Shown here piece after piece: positions 19,083 to 29,428 of a stretch of 64,000 bases of DNA (its first letter is position 1; each line of letters opens with the position of its first letter). A program made the position numbers and the translations under genes. The DNA is from an uncultured bacterium (GTDB taxonomy: Bacteria; Hydrothermota; Tepidihabitantia; SM23-42; JAOAFX01), in the NCBI GenBank assembly GCA_964418185.1, contig CAYQKL010000008.1, positions 3,704-67,703 on the forward strand, written 5' to 3'. Below the pieces are notes generated by a model, which ran no database searches, had not been told where the DNA came from, and saw nothing but the letters and a program-made list of their open reading frames with translations.

Positions 19083-21155
19083 ATGAAAAGATTTTTTCTC
19101 TTTCTGGTTCTGTTTCCTATTTTATTCACTGCCCAGGAGATATCAGTATATGGAAACCGTGGTATGTTCAAACTTCAATATGCTGAACCCCATAATATGG
19201 GTGTCCTTTCCTTTCACTTATCGCCTTCTGAACGGTATGAGGAACTAACCTCAGTACAACAAGGCATTAATACAACTGACCGTAAACATTTTTTCACACT
19301 TTCCGAGGGTATTTCCTATGCAGTGATTGATTACCTTGAACTTCGCTTCCGGATGACTGAGTTTTTGAAATGGTTTGAGATGAATAATTATCCAATAAAA
19401 CGCGGAGACCCAGATCCACCCTGGGGCTTTGAAACAATAGAAATAGGGGGTAAGGCGGGTTATTGTATTACTGCAGATAAAAATACGCCGCTGAAATATG
19501 CATTTGGTGTTGAAGGTCACATTAACTGGGGTCCTGCATTACCGGAAGATAAACAGGCATTTGACAAGGCATTTTATTCAGATTCTTTTACTGATGCTGG
19601 TGCCACACCGGTCACACCACATTTTTCACCCTATATCCCCCACGAACCTGATTATGCAGGCGTTGGTCTCATAGATTTCAGGGTAGGACCGTTTGCTTCA
19701 CACTTAAACTGTGGCTATTTGGCGACCGGGGTTGACCATCAGCCAAATTATGTTGCAGATGTGGATTTTCATCCCAGACCAGATTATGTTATTCACGGTG
19801 GTGGTGTGGAATTGATACCATCTGAGGATGTTCGTATTCTCTGCGAGTTGTATGGTTATTATGATATGGATGCCCAAGAAGAATCGCTCTGGATTACTCC
19901 GGGATTGCGGTTTGGAGCAAGGAGCGTGAGTTTTGACCTTGGTTGTGAGATTGGACTTGTTGGTGGACCACTGAGCAGTAACTGGTGGAAGGCATTTTTT
20001 AATTTATCAGGCGGCGCAGATTTGATTAAAAAGATTGAGGTCCATATTCCAGTTGCCAAAGTTTCAGGCCGGATATATGATGCCAAGAGCGGCGAACCGG
20101 TTCTTGCCACCATCACTTTCCCTGGTTCAGAAAAACAAGCAGTTCAGACCTCTGCGAATGGAACCTATGAGTTGTCGTTCACACCTGGTAGTTATCGGGT
20201 TCATGCTGAGGCTGAAGGTTATCGCTGGAAAGAACAGGGTGTAGTATTGAAAGATGGCGATCAGATCATTCTTGATTTTGCATTGAACAAAAAAGAGATT
20301 GCCAAAGTGATTGGGAAGATATATGATGCAGAAACCAAATTACCCATTGTAGCAAATATCACCTTCCCCCAGACGCAGTTTCCGTCAATAACATCGGATA
20401 CAACCGGAATGTATTCAGTTGTTCTTGTCCCGGGAACATTCAGGATACATATTGAGGCAACTGGCTATCAATTTGATGAGAAGGTTGTGACCTTACAGGA
20501 AGGTGATACAAAGGTTATTGATGTGGGCTTGAACAAGATCAGTCTGGCTCAGGGTACACTTGTGGGCAAGGTTGTTGAAAGAGATAATGAAACCCCTCTG
20601 CTTGCCCAGATCTCCTTTGTGGATGCCAATATCCCGGCGATCTCTACTGACCCGGCAACTGGTATTTATAAGATCACCCTTGCACCCGGAACTTATGTCT
20701 TGAAGGTAGACGCCCAGGATTATATAAGTGAAACAAGTCCGGTCGTGATTGCAAAAGATGAAACAAAAGTTCAGAACTTTTCTTTGCGCAAGGTTCCAAA
20801 GGTTGGCGAAAAAATAATCTTGAGAGGCATATACTTTGACTTTAATTCCGCAGTGATTAAGCCGGAATCGTATCCAGTCCTTGATGACGCAGCAAAGGTT
20901 TTGATTGCTAAACCTAAGATGAGGGTTGAAATTGGTGGCCATACTGATAGCATTGGTTCTGATTCCTATAATATGAAACTTTCTTATGAACGGGCAAACT
21001 CAGTAAAAGAGTACCTTGTGCGCTACCATAATATAGACCCGATGCGGATTGAGGTCAGGGGTTATGGTGAATCCCAACCCATTGCTGATAATCGCACAAA
21101 ATCAGGACGCGACCAGAACCGACGTATTGAGTTCAAGATACTCAGTGTAGAATAA
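19083..21155 (+). CDS. OmpA-family outer-membrane protein with four carboxypeptidase-regulatory-like (CarbopepD_reg/Cna-B-like) repeats and a C-terminal OmpA/MotB peptidoglycan-binding domain
   Basis: A signal peptide is followed by repeated GRIYDAKSGEPV...TFPG units. The C-terminus ...RVEIGGHTDSIGSDSYNMKLSYERANSV...RRIEFKIL is an OmpA-like motif. A strong SD (AAGGAGGT) lies upstream. Confidence 0.7.
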   Translation: MKRFFLFLVLFPILFTAQEISVYGNRGMFKLQYAEPHNMGVLSFHLSPSERYEELTSVQQGINTTDRKHFFTLSEGISYAVIDYLELRFRMTEFLKWFEMNNYPIKRGDPDPPWGFETIEIGGKAGYCITADKNTPLKYAFGVEGHINWGPALPEDKQAFDKAFYSDSFTDAGATPVTPHFSPYIPHEPDYAGVGLIDFRVGPFASHLNCGYLATGVDHQPNYVADVDFHPRPDYVIHGGGVELIPSEDVRILCELYGYYDMDAQEESLWITPGLRFGARSVSFDLGCEIGLVGGPLSSNWWKAFFNLSGGADLIKKIEVHIPVAKVSGRIYDAKSGEPVLATITFPGSEKQAVQTSANGTYELSFTPGSYRVHAEAEGYRWKEQGVVLKDGDQIILDFALNKKEIAKVIGKIYDAETKLPIVANITFPQTQFPSITSDTTGMYSVVLVPGTFRIHIEATGYQFDEKVVTLQEGDTKVIDVGLNKISLAQGTLVGKVVERDNETPLLAQISFVDANIPAISTDPATGIYKITLAPGTYVLKVDAQDYISETSPVVIAKDETKVQNFSLRKVPKVGEKIILRGIYFDFNSAVIKPESYPVLDDAAKVLIAKPKMRVEIGGHTDSIGSDSYNMKLSYERANSVKEYLVRYHNIDPMRIEVRGYGESQPIADNRTKSGRDQNRRIEFKILSVE

Positions 21156-21161
21156 TTAAAT

Positions 21162-21199
21162 CAAGGGGTTGGAATGATTAAATCATTCCAACCCCTTTG
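21162..21199. terminator. Perfect 18-bp-stem hairpin, likely a bidirectional intrinsic terminator between convergent genes
   Basis: The sequence is caaggggttggaatgatt aa aatcattccaaccccttg. It is flanked by AT-rich sequence on both sides. Confidence 0.7.
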
Positions 21200-21265
21200 A
21201 CTACCTCCATTCTTAGAATTCTATTACAATATAATATTGGTATATCTTAAAAACGAAATTATTTC

Positions 21266-24200
21266 TTAATTGGAAATATCAACCGAGGCGATTTCGTGCT
21301 CAATTCGGTCCAGGTAAAGTAGATTTCCCAATTTCATAAAAATTTCATTTGCCTTCAAGAAAAATTGCATTGCCTCCTGATATTTACCCTGCCTTTTGTA
21401 GTTCATCCCCTGAAGAAAATATATCTGTGCAGTTAATAAATTGTCTGGTAGATTGGCAATCATATTTAATGCCTGGTTATAAAAATCCTGTGCCTTTCTG
21501 TAATTCTTTGAGGCTGAGTAAACCTCGCCTTGAGAAATACAGGAATATACCCGCCGGTTGACATCCGGTTCACTCTTTAGTTTTAACAAAAGATGGTTTG
21601 ATATCTGCCTTGCCTTTTTCAAATCTTTGCTCATTAAGAGATACTCAATTTGCTCAAATTGACAATCATAAATGTACTGTTCTATCTTCAATTTTTTCGC
21701 ATAAGCAATTGCCTTTTTCAAATGGCTCAAACCCTGTTTTCTTTTTCCTGTCTCCCGATAAAACTCGCTCAAATGAAGGTTAACAAAGATATAGCCTTCA
21801 ATAAAATTTGTTTCTCGGGCATATTGAAATGCTGATTTGAAATTTTTTATCGCATCGTCAATCATCAATCGCCTGAGATTTATGCTGCCAAGATTATCAT
21901 AAAGAAAGACGATATCCCGCTTGGCATTTATGAGTTTTGCAATACCTAATGCCTTGATACAATACTCCTCAGATTTTAAGAGGTTGTAATTGAAATATAG
22001 ACTACCAAGATCCAGTAATGTCGTTACAATACCACTTTGATAACCGATCTCTTCGTAAATCTTTAATGCATTCCTGTAGTATTCCTCGCTCAAAGAAAAG
22101 TTCAGTTGTTGTTGATACACCACTGCCATATCCAGATAGCAAGCCGCCATTCCCTTCTTATCGTTCAGTTTCTGTCTTATCTCAAGGGCTTTTTTGAAAC
22201 ACAATATTGAATCTTCAAGGTCTCCAAGGTATAGCAAGCATACTCCCTGGGTAATCAGGATAATAGCAAGTTCTTGCCCTGGTATTTGTTTTGCCTTTTT
22301 CAGTAGTTGCACGCATTCTTTTTTTGCCTTAAGATATTTACCGAGTCTGGTATGTGCCCAAACAATACCAGCCTTAAATTGATAAGAAGTAACCGCATCT
22401 CGCGTTATTTTCAACCCTTCCTCATAGAACTTCAGGGCATTTTTATAATTTCCAGTGTTTTCATAGATCTGAGCAAGTTTGTAATAGATCTTGTGATCAT
22501 TTGGATTTATTTTCAAACAGTCATTAAGATTTTCAATTGCCTTTTCATTTTCGCCCATAAGATAATAGATTTCTGAAAGGTGAAGCTTAATCTTAAATAT
22601 TTCCTCAAGTTTATCCTCAAATTTTAAGGCAGTTGTAAAGAACCTTACAGCCTGGTTATGGGCATAGTTCTCCTTGCATTTTATACCTGCCTCTTTGGAA
22701 TAAATCAGTGCCTTTGCGGAATTGTTGGCGAGGGCAAAGTGGGAGGCAAGTTGTTCATAGTAATTGGCAAGACTGCTATGAAAATATTTTTCCATTGCCT
22801 CGCCTATCTGACGATGGTACTTTATCAAATCTGCTCGACTGATATTTTTATGAACAATTTGTCGGACAATATCTTCACTAAAAAAGAATATATCAGTGCT
22901 CCTCTCTTTTATGAACCCCAATCTCACCAGATGGTCAATCGCATCCATGGCTTCGCCAACATTCTTCTGGGCACAGAGGGCAATTATCTCATCGTTAAAT
23001 TCCTGACCATAAACTGCACAGATTTCAAGAAACTGTTTAGTTTCTTCATCCAAGAATTGAATCTTTCTGAGAATGGTTGCTTCAATACTTGAAGGAATCT
23101 TCAATTCCCTCTCCAGCAGGATAATCCATTCTTTACCATTATAAAAGATCTTGTTCTCTCGCTCCAATTCCCTTAATATTTCTTCAATATAAAAGGGATT
23201 CCCACCACTAAGTTCATAGATAAATTTTGCTAAGGACTTTGACAAGTTGGTCATAATCATCTCAAGTAGTTTAAATGTATGTAATTCATTCAGGGGCGAT
23301 AATTCAAGTTTACAATAAAGGTTTTCTCTTGCCCATATTCCAAAGAAATCAAAAACCGGCGCATTTTTTATCTCTTCGGTGCGAAATGTTCCCAATACCT
23401 TAAGATTCTTATGGCTGCTTCTTATCAAGAAATCTAATAGCTCACAACTTGAGCGGTCAGTCCAATGCAGGTCATCAATTAGCAAGATGACATCACGCGG
23501 GGACAATAATTCAGTTAATGTATCAAAGAAAAGATTAATACTGTCAAAAAGACGATATTTGTCAAGTTCTTCTTTCTTTATTGATACGGTTTTTTCTTCA
23601 GGCAATAATTTCATTATTTCCTGGCGAAAGACTTCAGGAATCTGCCTTAGTACGCGCTGGATAAGGGCAAAATCCCGATTGACAAAATCTTTGAACATAT
23701 TTTTTAGTGGATGGTATGGGACCGAAGCCAGCGCGGCATAGGAATTTGCTCTAAAAAATGTGCAATCTGAAAAAAGATTATTAATCTCCAGTGCAAGTCT
23801 GGTTTTGCCTACACCTGCTTCACCACTGATGAATAAGGTGTTATACATCTTTAATTGACGACTACACCAGTTTAGCTCTTCTTCGCGGCCGACAATCTTC
23901 TTGACTGGAAACTCTAATTTCTTGGTAATTTCTGCTCTTAACCCAATGCGATTTTTGCCTTCCTTTTTTGCCTGGTACATTAGATCATCTGCATACTTGA
24001 TTAAGATTTCAATATTTGTTCCGTCATCAGGATAGATTGCACAACCAATACTGCACAAAATCTTATGACCACCAATAACAGTTTGGTTTAAACTGGTAAG
24101 AATTCTCTGAGCAAGTTCCATCGTTCCCCGTGTATCAGAATTTGGCACGAGCACAATGAATTCATCGCCTCCATATCTAACAAGATTATCCACTTCTCTT

Positions 24201-24418
24201 ACCGTTTTTTTGAGAAAATTACCAAATTCAATCAATACTTTATCGCCTTCAAGGTGTCCATAGTTATTGTTTATGTCCCGGAAATTATCAAGATCGATGA
24301 TAATTATGCCAAACTTTGTTGCAAAGCGATTTGCCCTTTTTATCTCGTTATCAACCCAGTAATATAGAAATCGCCGGTTATAAATGCCGGTCAGTTCATC
24401 ATAATAAATCTCTTTCAT
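21266..24418 (-). CDS. GGDEF diguanylate cyclase domain fused to a STAND/AAA_16 P-loop NTPase and a C-terminal TPR array
   Basis: The N-terminal domain has an intact GGDEF active site and an RxxD I-site (REVDNLVRYGGDEF). The P-loop reads FISGEAGVGKTRLALE. About 550 aa of TPR-type repeats form the C-terminus. Confidence 0.8.
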   Translation of the reverse strand: MKEIYYDELTGIYNRRFLYYWVDNEIKRANRFATKFGIIIIDLDNFRDINNNYGHLEGDKVLIEFGNFLKKTVREVDNLVRYGGDEFIVLVPNSDTRGTMELAQRILTSLNQTVIGGHKILCSIGCAIYPDDGTNIEILIKYADDLMYQAKKEGKNRIGLRAEITKKLEFPVKKIVGREEELNWCSRQLKMYNTLFISGEAGVGKTRLALEINNLFSDCTFFRANSYAALASVPYHPLKNMFKDFVNRDFALIQRVLRQIPEVFRQEIMKLLPEEKTVSIKKEELDKYRLFDSINLFFDTLTELLSPRDVILLIDDLHWTDRSSCELLDFLIRSSHKNLKVLGTFRTEEIKNAPVFDFFGIWARENLYCKLELSPLNELHTFKLLEMIMTNLSKSLAKFIYELSGGNPFYIEEILRELERENKIFYNGKEWIILLERELKIPSSIEATILRKIQFLDEETKQFLEICAVYGQEFNDEIIALCAQKNVGEAMDAIDHLVRLGFIKERSTDIFFFSEDIVRQIVHKNISRADLIKYHRQIGEAMEKYFHSSLANYYEQLASHFALANNSAKALIYSKEAGIKCKENYAHNQAVRFFTTALKFEDKLEEIFKIKLHLSEIYYLMGENEKAIENLNDCLKINPNDHKIYYKLAQIYENTGNYKNALKFYEEGLKITRDAVTSYQFKAGIVWAHTRLGKYLKAKKECVQLLKKAKQIPGQELAIILITQGVCLLYLGDLEDSILCFKKALEIRQKLNDKKGMAACYLDMAVVYQQQLNFSLSEEYYRNALKIYEEIGYQSGIVTTLLDLGSLYFNYNLLKSEEYCIKALGIAKLINAKRDIVFLYDNLGSINLRRLMIDDAIKNFKSAFQYARETNFIEGYIFVNLHLSEFYRETGKRKQGLSHLKKAIAYAKKLKIEQYIYDCQFEQIEYLLMSKDLKKARQISNHLLLKLKSEPDVNRRVYSCISQGEVYSASKNYRKAQDFYNQALNMIANLPDNLLTAQIYFLQGMNYKRQGKYQEAMQFFLKANEIFMKLGNLLYLDRIEHEIASVDISN

Positions 24419-24424
24419 CAATAA

Positions 24425-24452
24425 ATTATAACCAGAAAATCTATTGCGTCAA
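24425..24452 (-). promoter_or_regulatory. Consensus promoter TTGACG-N16-TATAAT, 6 nt upstream of the ATG of the GGDEF-STAND-TPR gene
   Basis: On the minus strand the -35 element is at 24447-24452 and the -10 element at 24425-24430. The ATG at 24418 predicts a leaderless transcript. Confidence 0.6.
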
Positions 24453-24932
24453 TCTACTAAAATCGCAACATATTCCAGGCAGGTGGAAGGTATTGCAGAA
24501 AAGGTTATTTTTGATCTAAAACGGAATATTGATAGGTAATCAGTCTAAGATATAATATAATAGTTAATTTTATAAAGGATATGGTGTATGAAAATATATA
24601 TTCTTCCACTGGTCTTTACCTTAGGATTCAGTCAGATAAACTGGCAGATTGAGATTAATGATTCTGTGCATACTGATAGTGGGGAATTGTTTGGGTATTC
24701 CTGAAGTTAGACAGTTTCAGCCAACCCAGTCAACACCTTTCAGCCTGTCTGAGAAGTGTTAACTTTTTATTTATTTATTTCTAACATGGAATATAGTCAA
24801 TATCATTTGAATTGGTTTGAATCCTATTCTTATAATTTGGCAATCTTATTGGCAAACTCAATTGTCTTATCTCCCTTGCTTTCATATATTAGCATTACTA
24901 ATTATATGGGTTATGTGTTAAAAATCAAAAGC

Positions 24933-26171
24933 TTATTCATATCTCAATGCCTCAATGGGATTTAGTGAGGCGGCTTTGCGAGCCGGGTATATTCCAAAGA
25001 ATATTCCCACGGCTGATGAAAAACCAAATCCTAAAATAATCATCCAGAAACTTACTGCGGCTTTGAGCGGTGAAGCAACCGAAATCAACCAGGCAAGAAG
25101 GATTCCGAGTATTATACCAATGATTCCACCAACGAGTGAGAGAACGATTGATTCGGTGAGAAATTGGAAAAGGATATTCTGATTTGATGCACCGACTGCC
25201 TTACGAATACCAATCTCTCTGGTCCGCTCGGCAACTGATACAAGCATTATATTCATTATACCAATTCCACCCACGATTAAGGAGATTACTGCAATTGCAA
25301 CTATCGCCACAAAGCCAACACGGGTTATATTCTGGTATATCTCAAATAACATCTGCTGTGTCCCCAATTCAAAATCATCGGGCTGGTCAAGGCGCAGACC
25401 ATGCCTTCTCCTCATCAGCTCTCTTATTTCATCCATTGCCCTTTCTACTTTGCCTGGTTTTGGCATAATACTTATTGTATAACCACCAAAAGCCTTTTCA
25501 AAGACTGTAGTTCTCTTACGGAGGAACGCCTTTTCATAAAAGGTATAAGGAATGGTAATAAGATTGTCCATACTTTGACCAAGGAACGCCCCTTTTTCTT
25601 TGTATACACCAATAATCTTTATTCGTTTATCACCAATATTCAAATCTTTGCCAATAGGTGTTTCTTCGGGAAAGAGATTCTTTGCAACATAGGCACCGAT
25701 CACACCAACATTGCGCCGGTGTAGAATGTCATCTCCATTTAAATCCCGGCCGCTTTCTACTATGTAGTTATGTGCCTTTGAAAAATCTTCAGTTGAACCT
25801 TCTATTGAGGTCATTGCAATCTCTTTGTCTTTATATTTTATTTTGGAAAAATTCTGTTCAATCGTCGGTATTGCGGTTTCCACTGAAGAAAGTTGTTTTA
25901 TTGCTATGGCATCTTCAGGTGTCAAATCAGGCCTTTTGGCAATCTCTTCAAAATTTGGTGGTCCCATACGCAAAAAAGCATATTTTGTGACGAATATCAA
26001 ATCAGAACCTATGGAGCGAATCTGGTTTGCGACAGATTGATTCAAACCTTCAATCAAAGATAGGATTGCAATAACTGTTGTCACACCGATGATGATACCG
26101 AGTGTTGTTAAAAAAGAACGCAGTCGGTGTGAACGGAATGTCTGAAATGCAAGATTCAAGATCTCAGTCAT
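24933..26171 (-). CDS. ABC exporter permease, FtsX/MacB family
   Basis: The architecture is MacB-like: an N-terminal TM helix, a large periplasmic domain, and FtsX-type C-terminal helices. Confidence 0.8.
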   Translation of the reverse strand: MTEILNLAFQTFRSHRLRSFLTTLGIIIGVTTVIAILSLIEGLNQSVANQIRSIGSDLIFVTKYAFLRMGPPNFEEIAKRPDLTPEDAIAIKQLSSVETAIPTIEQNFSKIKYKDKEIAMTSIEGSTEDFSKAHNYIVESGRDLNGDDILHRRNVGVIGAYVAKNLFPEETPIGKDLNIGDKRIKIIGVYKEKGAFLGQSMDNLITIPYTFYEKAFLRKRTTVFEKAFGGYTISIMPKPGKVERAMDEIRELMRRRHGLRLDQPDDFELGTQQMLFEIYQNITRVGFVAIVAIAVISLIVGGIGIMNIMLVSVAERTREIGIRKAVGASNQNILFQFLTESIVLSLVGGIIGIILGILLAWLISVASPLKAAVSFWMIILGFGFSSAVGIFFGIYPARKAASLNPIEALRYE

Positions 26172-26175
26172 AAGG

Positions 26176-26222
26176 ATCGTTATAGGTTATACGGTTTCGC
26201 AGCCCGTATCGTAAAACGATTT
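26176..26222. repeat. Copy B of the dispersed palindromic repeat
   Basis: The sequence reads ggttatacggtttcgcagcccgtatcg, and the arms atacgg/ccgtat are palindromic. It lies between macB and the ABC ATPase gene. Confidence 0.5.
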
Positions 26223-26231
26223 CGTTTTAAA

Positions 26232-26900
26232 TTATCCACTCACGATCCTTCCATCCATCAGTTTGATTATCCTTTTCGCATACGCCGCAATATTCGGGTC
26301 ATGGGTCACAAGCACGATTGTATTACCCTCTCTGTGTAACTCATCAAACAATTCCATTATCTCCTTACCGGTCTTTGTATCAAGATTTCCAGTTGGTTCA
26401 TCCGCAAAGATTATCTTTGGATTATTTATCAATGCCCTGGCAACTGCCACACGCTGGCACTCGCCACCGGACAATTCATTTGGTCTGTGGTTAATCCTCT
26501 CTTTTAAACCAACCCTTGTCAGGATTTCCTTTGCCCGCTCAGTGCGCTCTTTTTTGTTTACCCCAGCATAGATAAGTGGTAATGCTACATTATCCAGTGC
26601 AGAAAGTCTGGTTAATAGATTAAAGCTCTGGAAGACAAAGCCAATAAACTGGTTTCTAATCCTTGCCAGTTCCATATCTGAATAGTCTGATACCCTCTTA
26701 TCTTCAAGATAATACTCACCATTTGTCGGTGTATCAAGGCAGCCAAGGATATGCATAAGTGTGGATTTACCTGAACCTGAAGGACCCATAATTGATATAT
26801 ATTCACCCTTCTCAATCTCCAGACTCACACCCCTCAATGCTTCAACCTCAACCTTGCCAAGACTGTATTTTTTATAGATATCTATTGCCTTGCAGAGCAT
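26232..26900 (-). CDS. ABC transporter ATP-binding protein, MacB/LolD type
   Basis: The motifs [24 protein letters not shown] and [12 protein letters not shown] are present. Confidence 0.9.
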   Translation of the reverse strand: MLCKAIDIYKKYSLGKVEVEALRGVSLEIEKGEYISIMGPSGSGKSTLMHILGCLDTPTNGEYYLEDKRVSDYSDMELARIRNQFIGFVFQSFNLLTRLSALDNVALPLIYAGVNKKERTERAKEILTRVGLKERINHRPNELSGGECQRVAVARALINNPKIIFADEPTGNLDTKTGKEIMELFDELHREGNTIVLVTHDPNIAAYAKRIIKLMDGRIVSG

Positions 26901-26975
26901 TTTAATGAAGATTATCCAAAAAATTAGGATATCAGGATACCTGATACCCTGATATTCTGATAACCTTTTTCCTGC

Positions 26976-28079
26976 TTACCTTGCACCCTTCTCCTCACTC
27001 GTTGTCTTAAACTCCACCCTTGCTCCATCTTTTAACTTTGATAGAACCCGGTATGGTCCGATGATAACAGTGTCACCCTCATTTATACCTGAAATTATCT
27101 CCATTTCTGTATCACTTGATATACCGGTCTGAATCTCTTTTAAGATGGCTTTTCTCTTTTGCACAACAAATACTGATTCGGTTGTTTTGTCTTTTACTTT
27201 CCGCTTTCCCACTGCCTGAATTGGTACAACCAGAACATCACTTTTTTTACTGGTGATTATCTCTGCCTTTACATTCATCCCGGGTCTTAAACTTTCGGAA
27301 AAATCTTTTAATTCTATCTCCACCTCAAAGTCTGTTATCTTCTCAGTTGTTGCAGTCGCAATTGATGTTATTGGCATCAAACCGACCTTTGTCACCACAC
27401 CCTTGAATACTGAATCAGGCAGGGCGTCCGCAGTCACCTCTGCCTCCTGTCCAGATTTCACCTGGGGCACCTCGGTCTCGTCTATCTTTACAACTGCAAT
27501 CATCGCCGACATATCTGCAATCGTTGCCAGGACTGTTCCTGCATAGTTTAATGTGCCCATCACCGCAGTCTCACCCTCTTCAATATTGACCTTCATCAAT
27601 TTACCGGATATGGGCGTATAGATTTTGGTCTTTTTATAGGCATCCAGTGCCTGCTCATAACTCGCCTTTGCCGATTCATAGTTTAACTGGGCGTTCTCAA
27701 AATTCTCTTTGCTGATAAGTCCCTTTTCATAAAGGCTCTTTGTTCTATTAAATACCTGCTCAGCCTGTTTCAGACGCACCTCAGCAAGTTGATGATTTGC
27801 CTTAGCCTGGGTATCATCAAGTTCAATCAAAAGTGCACCCTTTTTTACATAATTACCTTCTTTATAATAGATTGCCTTTATCCTGCCAATTGTTTCGGCG
27901 GAAATATCGACCTGTGATTTTGCCTTTAGTTCACCATCTGCACCAACCCGTGATACCACTTCACCCCTTTTTGCAATCTCAATCTCCACATTCTCTCCAC
28001 CACCCTTTTGTTTGAGATTGAGCACAATGATTAGTACTACAACTATGATACCACCAATGATTATAAGAATTCTTTTCAT
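26976..28079 (-). CDS. efflux periplasmic adaptor, HlyD/MacA family
   Basis: A signal anchor is followed by coiled-coil and beta-barrel domain features. The gene sits within the efflux operon. Confidence 0.8.
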   Translation of the reverse strand: MKRILIIIGGIIVVVLIIVLNLKQKGGGENVEIEIAKRGEVVSRVGADGELKAKSQVDISAETIGRIKAIYYKEGNYVKKGALLIELDDTQAKANHQLAEVRLKQAEQVFNRTKSLYEKGLISKENFENAQLNYESAKASYEQALDAYKKTKIYTPISGKLMKVNIEEGETAVMGTLNYAGTVLATIADMSAMIAVVKIDETEVPQVKSGQEAEVTADALPDSVFKGVVTKVGLMPITSIATATTEKITDFEVEIELKDFSESLRPGMNVKAEIITSKKSDVLVVPIQAVGKRKVKDKTTESVFVVQKRKAILKEIQTGISSDTEMEIISGINEGDTVIIGPYRVLSKLKDGARVEFKTTSEEKGAR

Positions 28080-29317
28080 CTCTGCTCCTCAATGGTTATC
28101 TTACCCAATAAATAAGAAAGGTTTGATTGTCCGAGATAATAATCGTTCAGTGCCCGAATCAGACTTAATCGGGCATTGTAATAATCCTCCTCAGCGCGGA
28201 GTAAATCTAAAAGTGAAATCATTCCTAGCGTATACTGCTCACGGGCAAGCACAATCGCCTCCTCAGCAAGTTCCAAACTCTTCTTTGCAAACCTCAGTTT
28301 ATCAATCGATTCTGTAAGGCCGTAATAACTTAAATATAACGCCTTTTCTGATTCAAGCAGTGCCCTCTCCAAACTGTATCTCTTTATCTTCATATCCTTT
28401 TTCGCTGTGAGATAGTTGAAAATCAAGGTCTTTATTTCAAAGATGGGAAAATTGATATTTATCCCATAGTTCTTTGTTGCATTGTCTTTAAGATAATCAA
28501 AATCCAAGGAGAATGAATCAAGGTTTGTATTAAACCCGTAAAAGATTGAAACCTTGGGCAGAAATGCAAATGTAGAAAGCCATAGATTCGTCTTTGCCAA
28601 TCTATCCATCTCTCGGGCAAGTCTGATACTCAAATTTGCGGTTATTAAAATCTGTTTTAATGAATCTAAAGAGGGAAGCACAAATGTATCAGGGATTGTA
28701 AAAGAATCTTCTGGATATATCTGATTAGAAATATTGAGCAGTGCCTTTAATTCCTGCTGTGCCTGGGTTTCAAGGGTTTTTGCCTGGGAATTGTTCTGCA
28801 TAATCTGGAGATAAAAAACTTCAGCCTGGAGCAGTTCCAGCCTTGATGCGGAACCGAGTTCATACTTGGTCTCAACGAGTTTTTTGTTTTCCATTGCCCG
28901 CTCAAGCGCCTTCTCGGACGCATTTAATAGTTCGTTCGCAGTGATGAGACTATAATATGACTTTTTTATATTCAGAATCAAATTTAAAATCTCCTGATTA
29001 TGTTGTATTGAACTTCCCTTTTCCTGTCCCTTAGCAACAATGATTGAACTTATGACATCTAAATCAAAGACCGGCATAGAAAGATTGATTGAACCCGTAT
29101 AACGCTCGCTTTCAATATTATGATATTCACTCTTTGTCCAGGAACCGGTTGTTGAGGTTGTGGGCAGGAGATAAGAAAGCGCCTTATAGAATTGTATCCT
29201 TGATTTTGCAAGCGTCTCTTTTGATTCTAAATAACCAGGACTTTGCCTCAAACCAATATCAATCGCCTGCTCAAGGCTCAGTGTATCAATCTGTGTTATT
29301 AGTATTAATAACCACAT
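28076..29317 (-). CDS. TolC-family outer-membrane efflux channel
   Basis: It shows the duplicated helical/beta structure and the N-terminal LEQAIDIGLRQSP motif typical of OEP proteins. Confidence 0.8.
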   Translation of the reverse strand: MWLLILITQIDTLSLEQAIDIGLRQSPGYLESKETLAKSRIQFYKALSYLLPTTSTTGSWTKSEYHNIESERYTGSINLSMPVFDLDVISSIIVAKGQEKGSSIQHNQEILNLILNIKKSYYSLITANELLNASEKALERAMENKKLVETKYELGSASRLELLQAEVFYLQIMQNNSQAKTLETQAQQELKALLNISNQIYPEDSFTIPDTFVLPSLDSLKQILITANLSIRLAREMDRLAKTNLWLSTFAFLPKVSIFYGFNTNLDSFSLDFDYLKDNATKNYGININFPIFEIKTLIFNYLTAKKDMKIKRYSLERALLESEKALYLSYYGLTESIDKLRFAKKSLELAEEAIVLAREQYTLGMISLLDLLRAEEDYYNARLSLIRALNDYYLGQSNLSYLLGKITIEEQR

Positions 29318-29428
29318 AGATGCCTACATTGAGTAAGTATTTATAACCTTTAGATTTCGGATTTTGAATTTGTTTAGGATTTAGTATCTGGGATTTAGAA
29401 TCTTCAGGTTGAAATATAAATAGAACCA

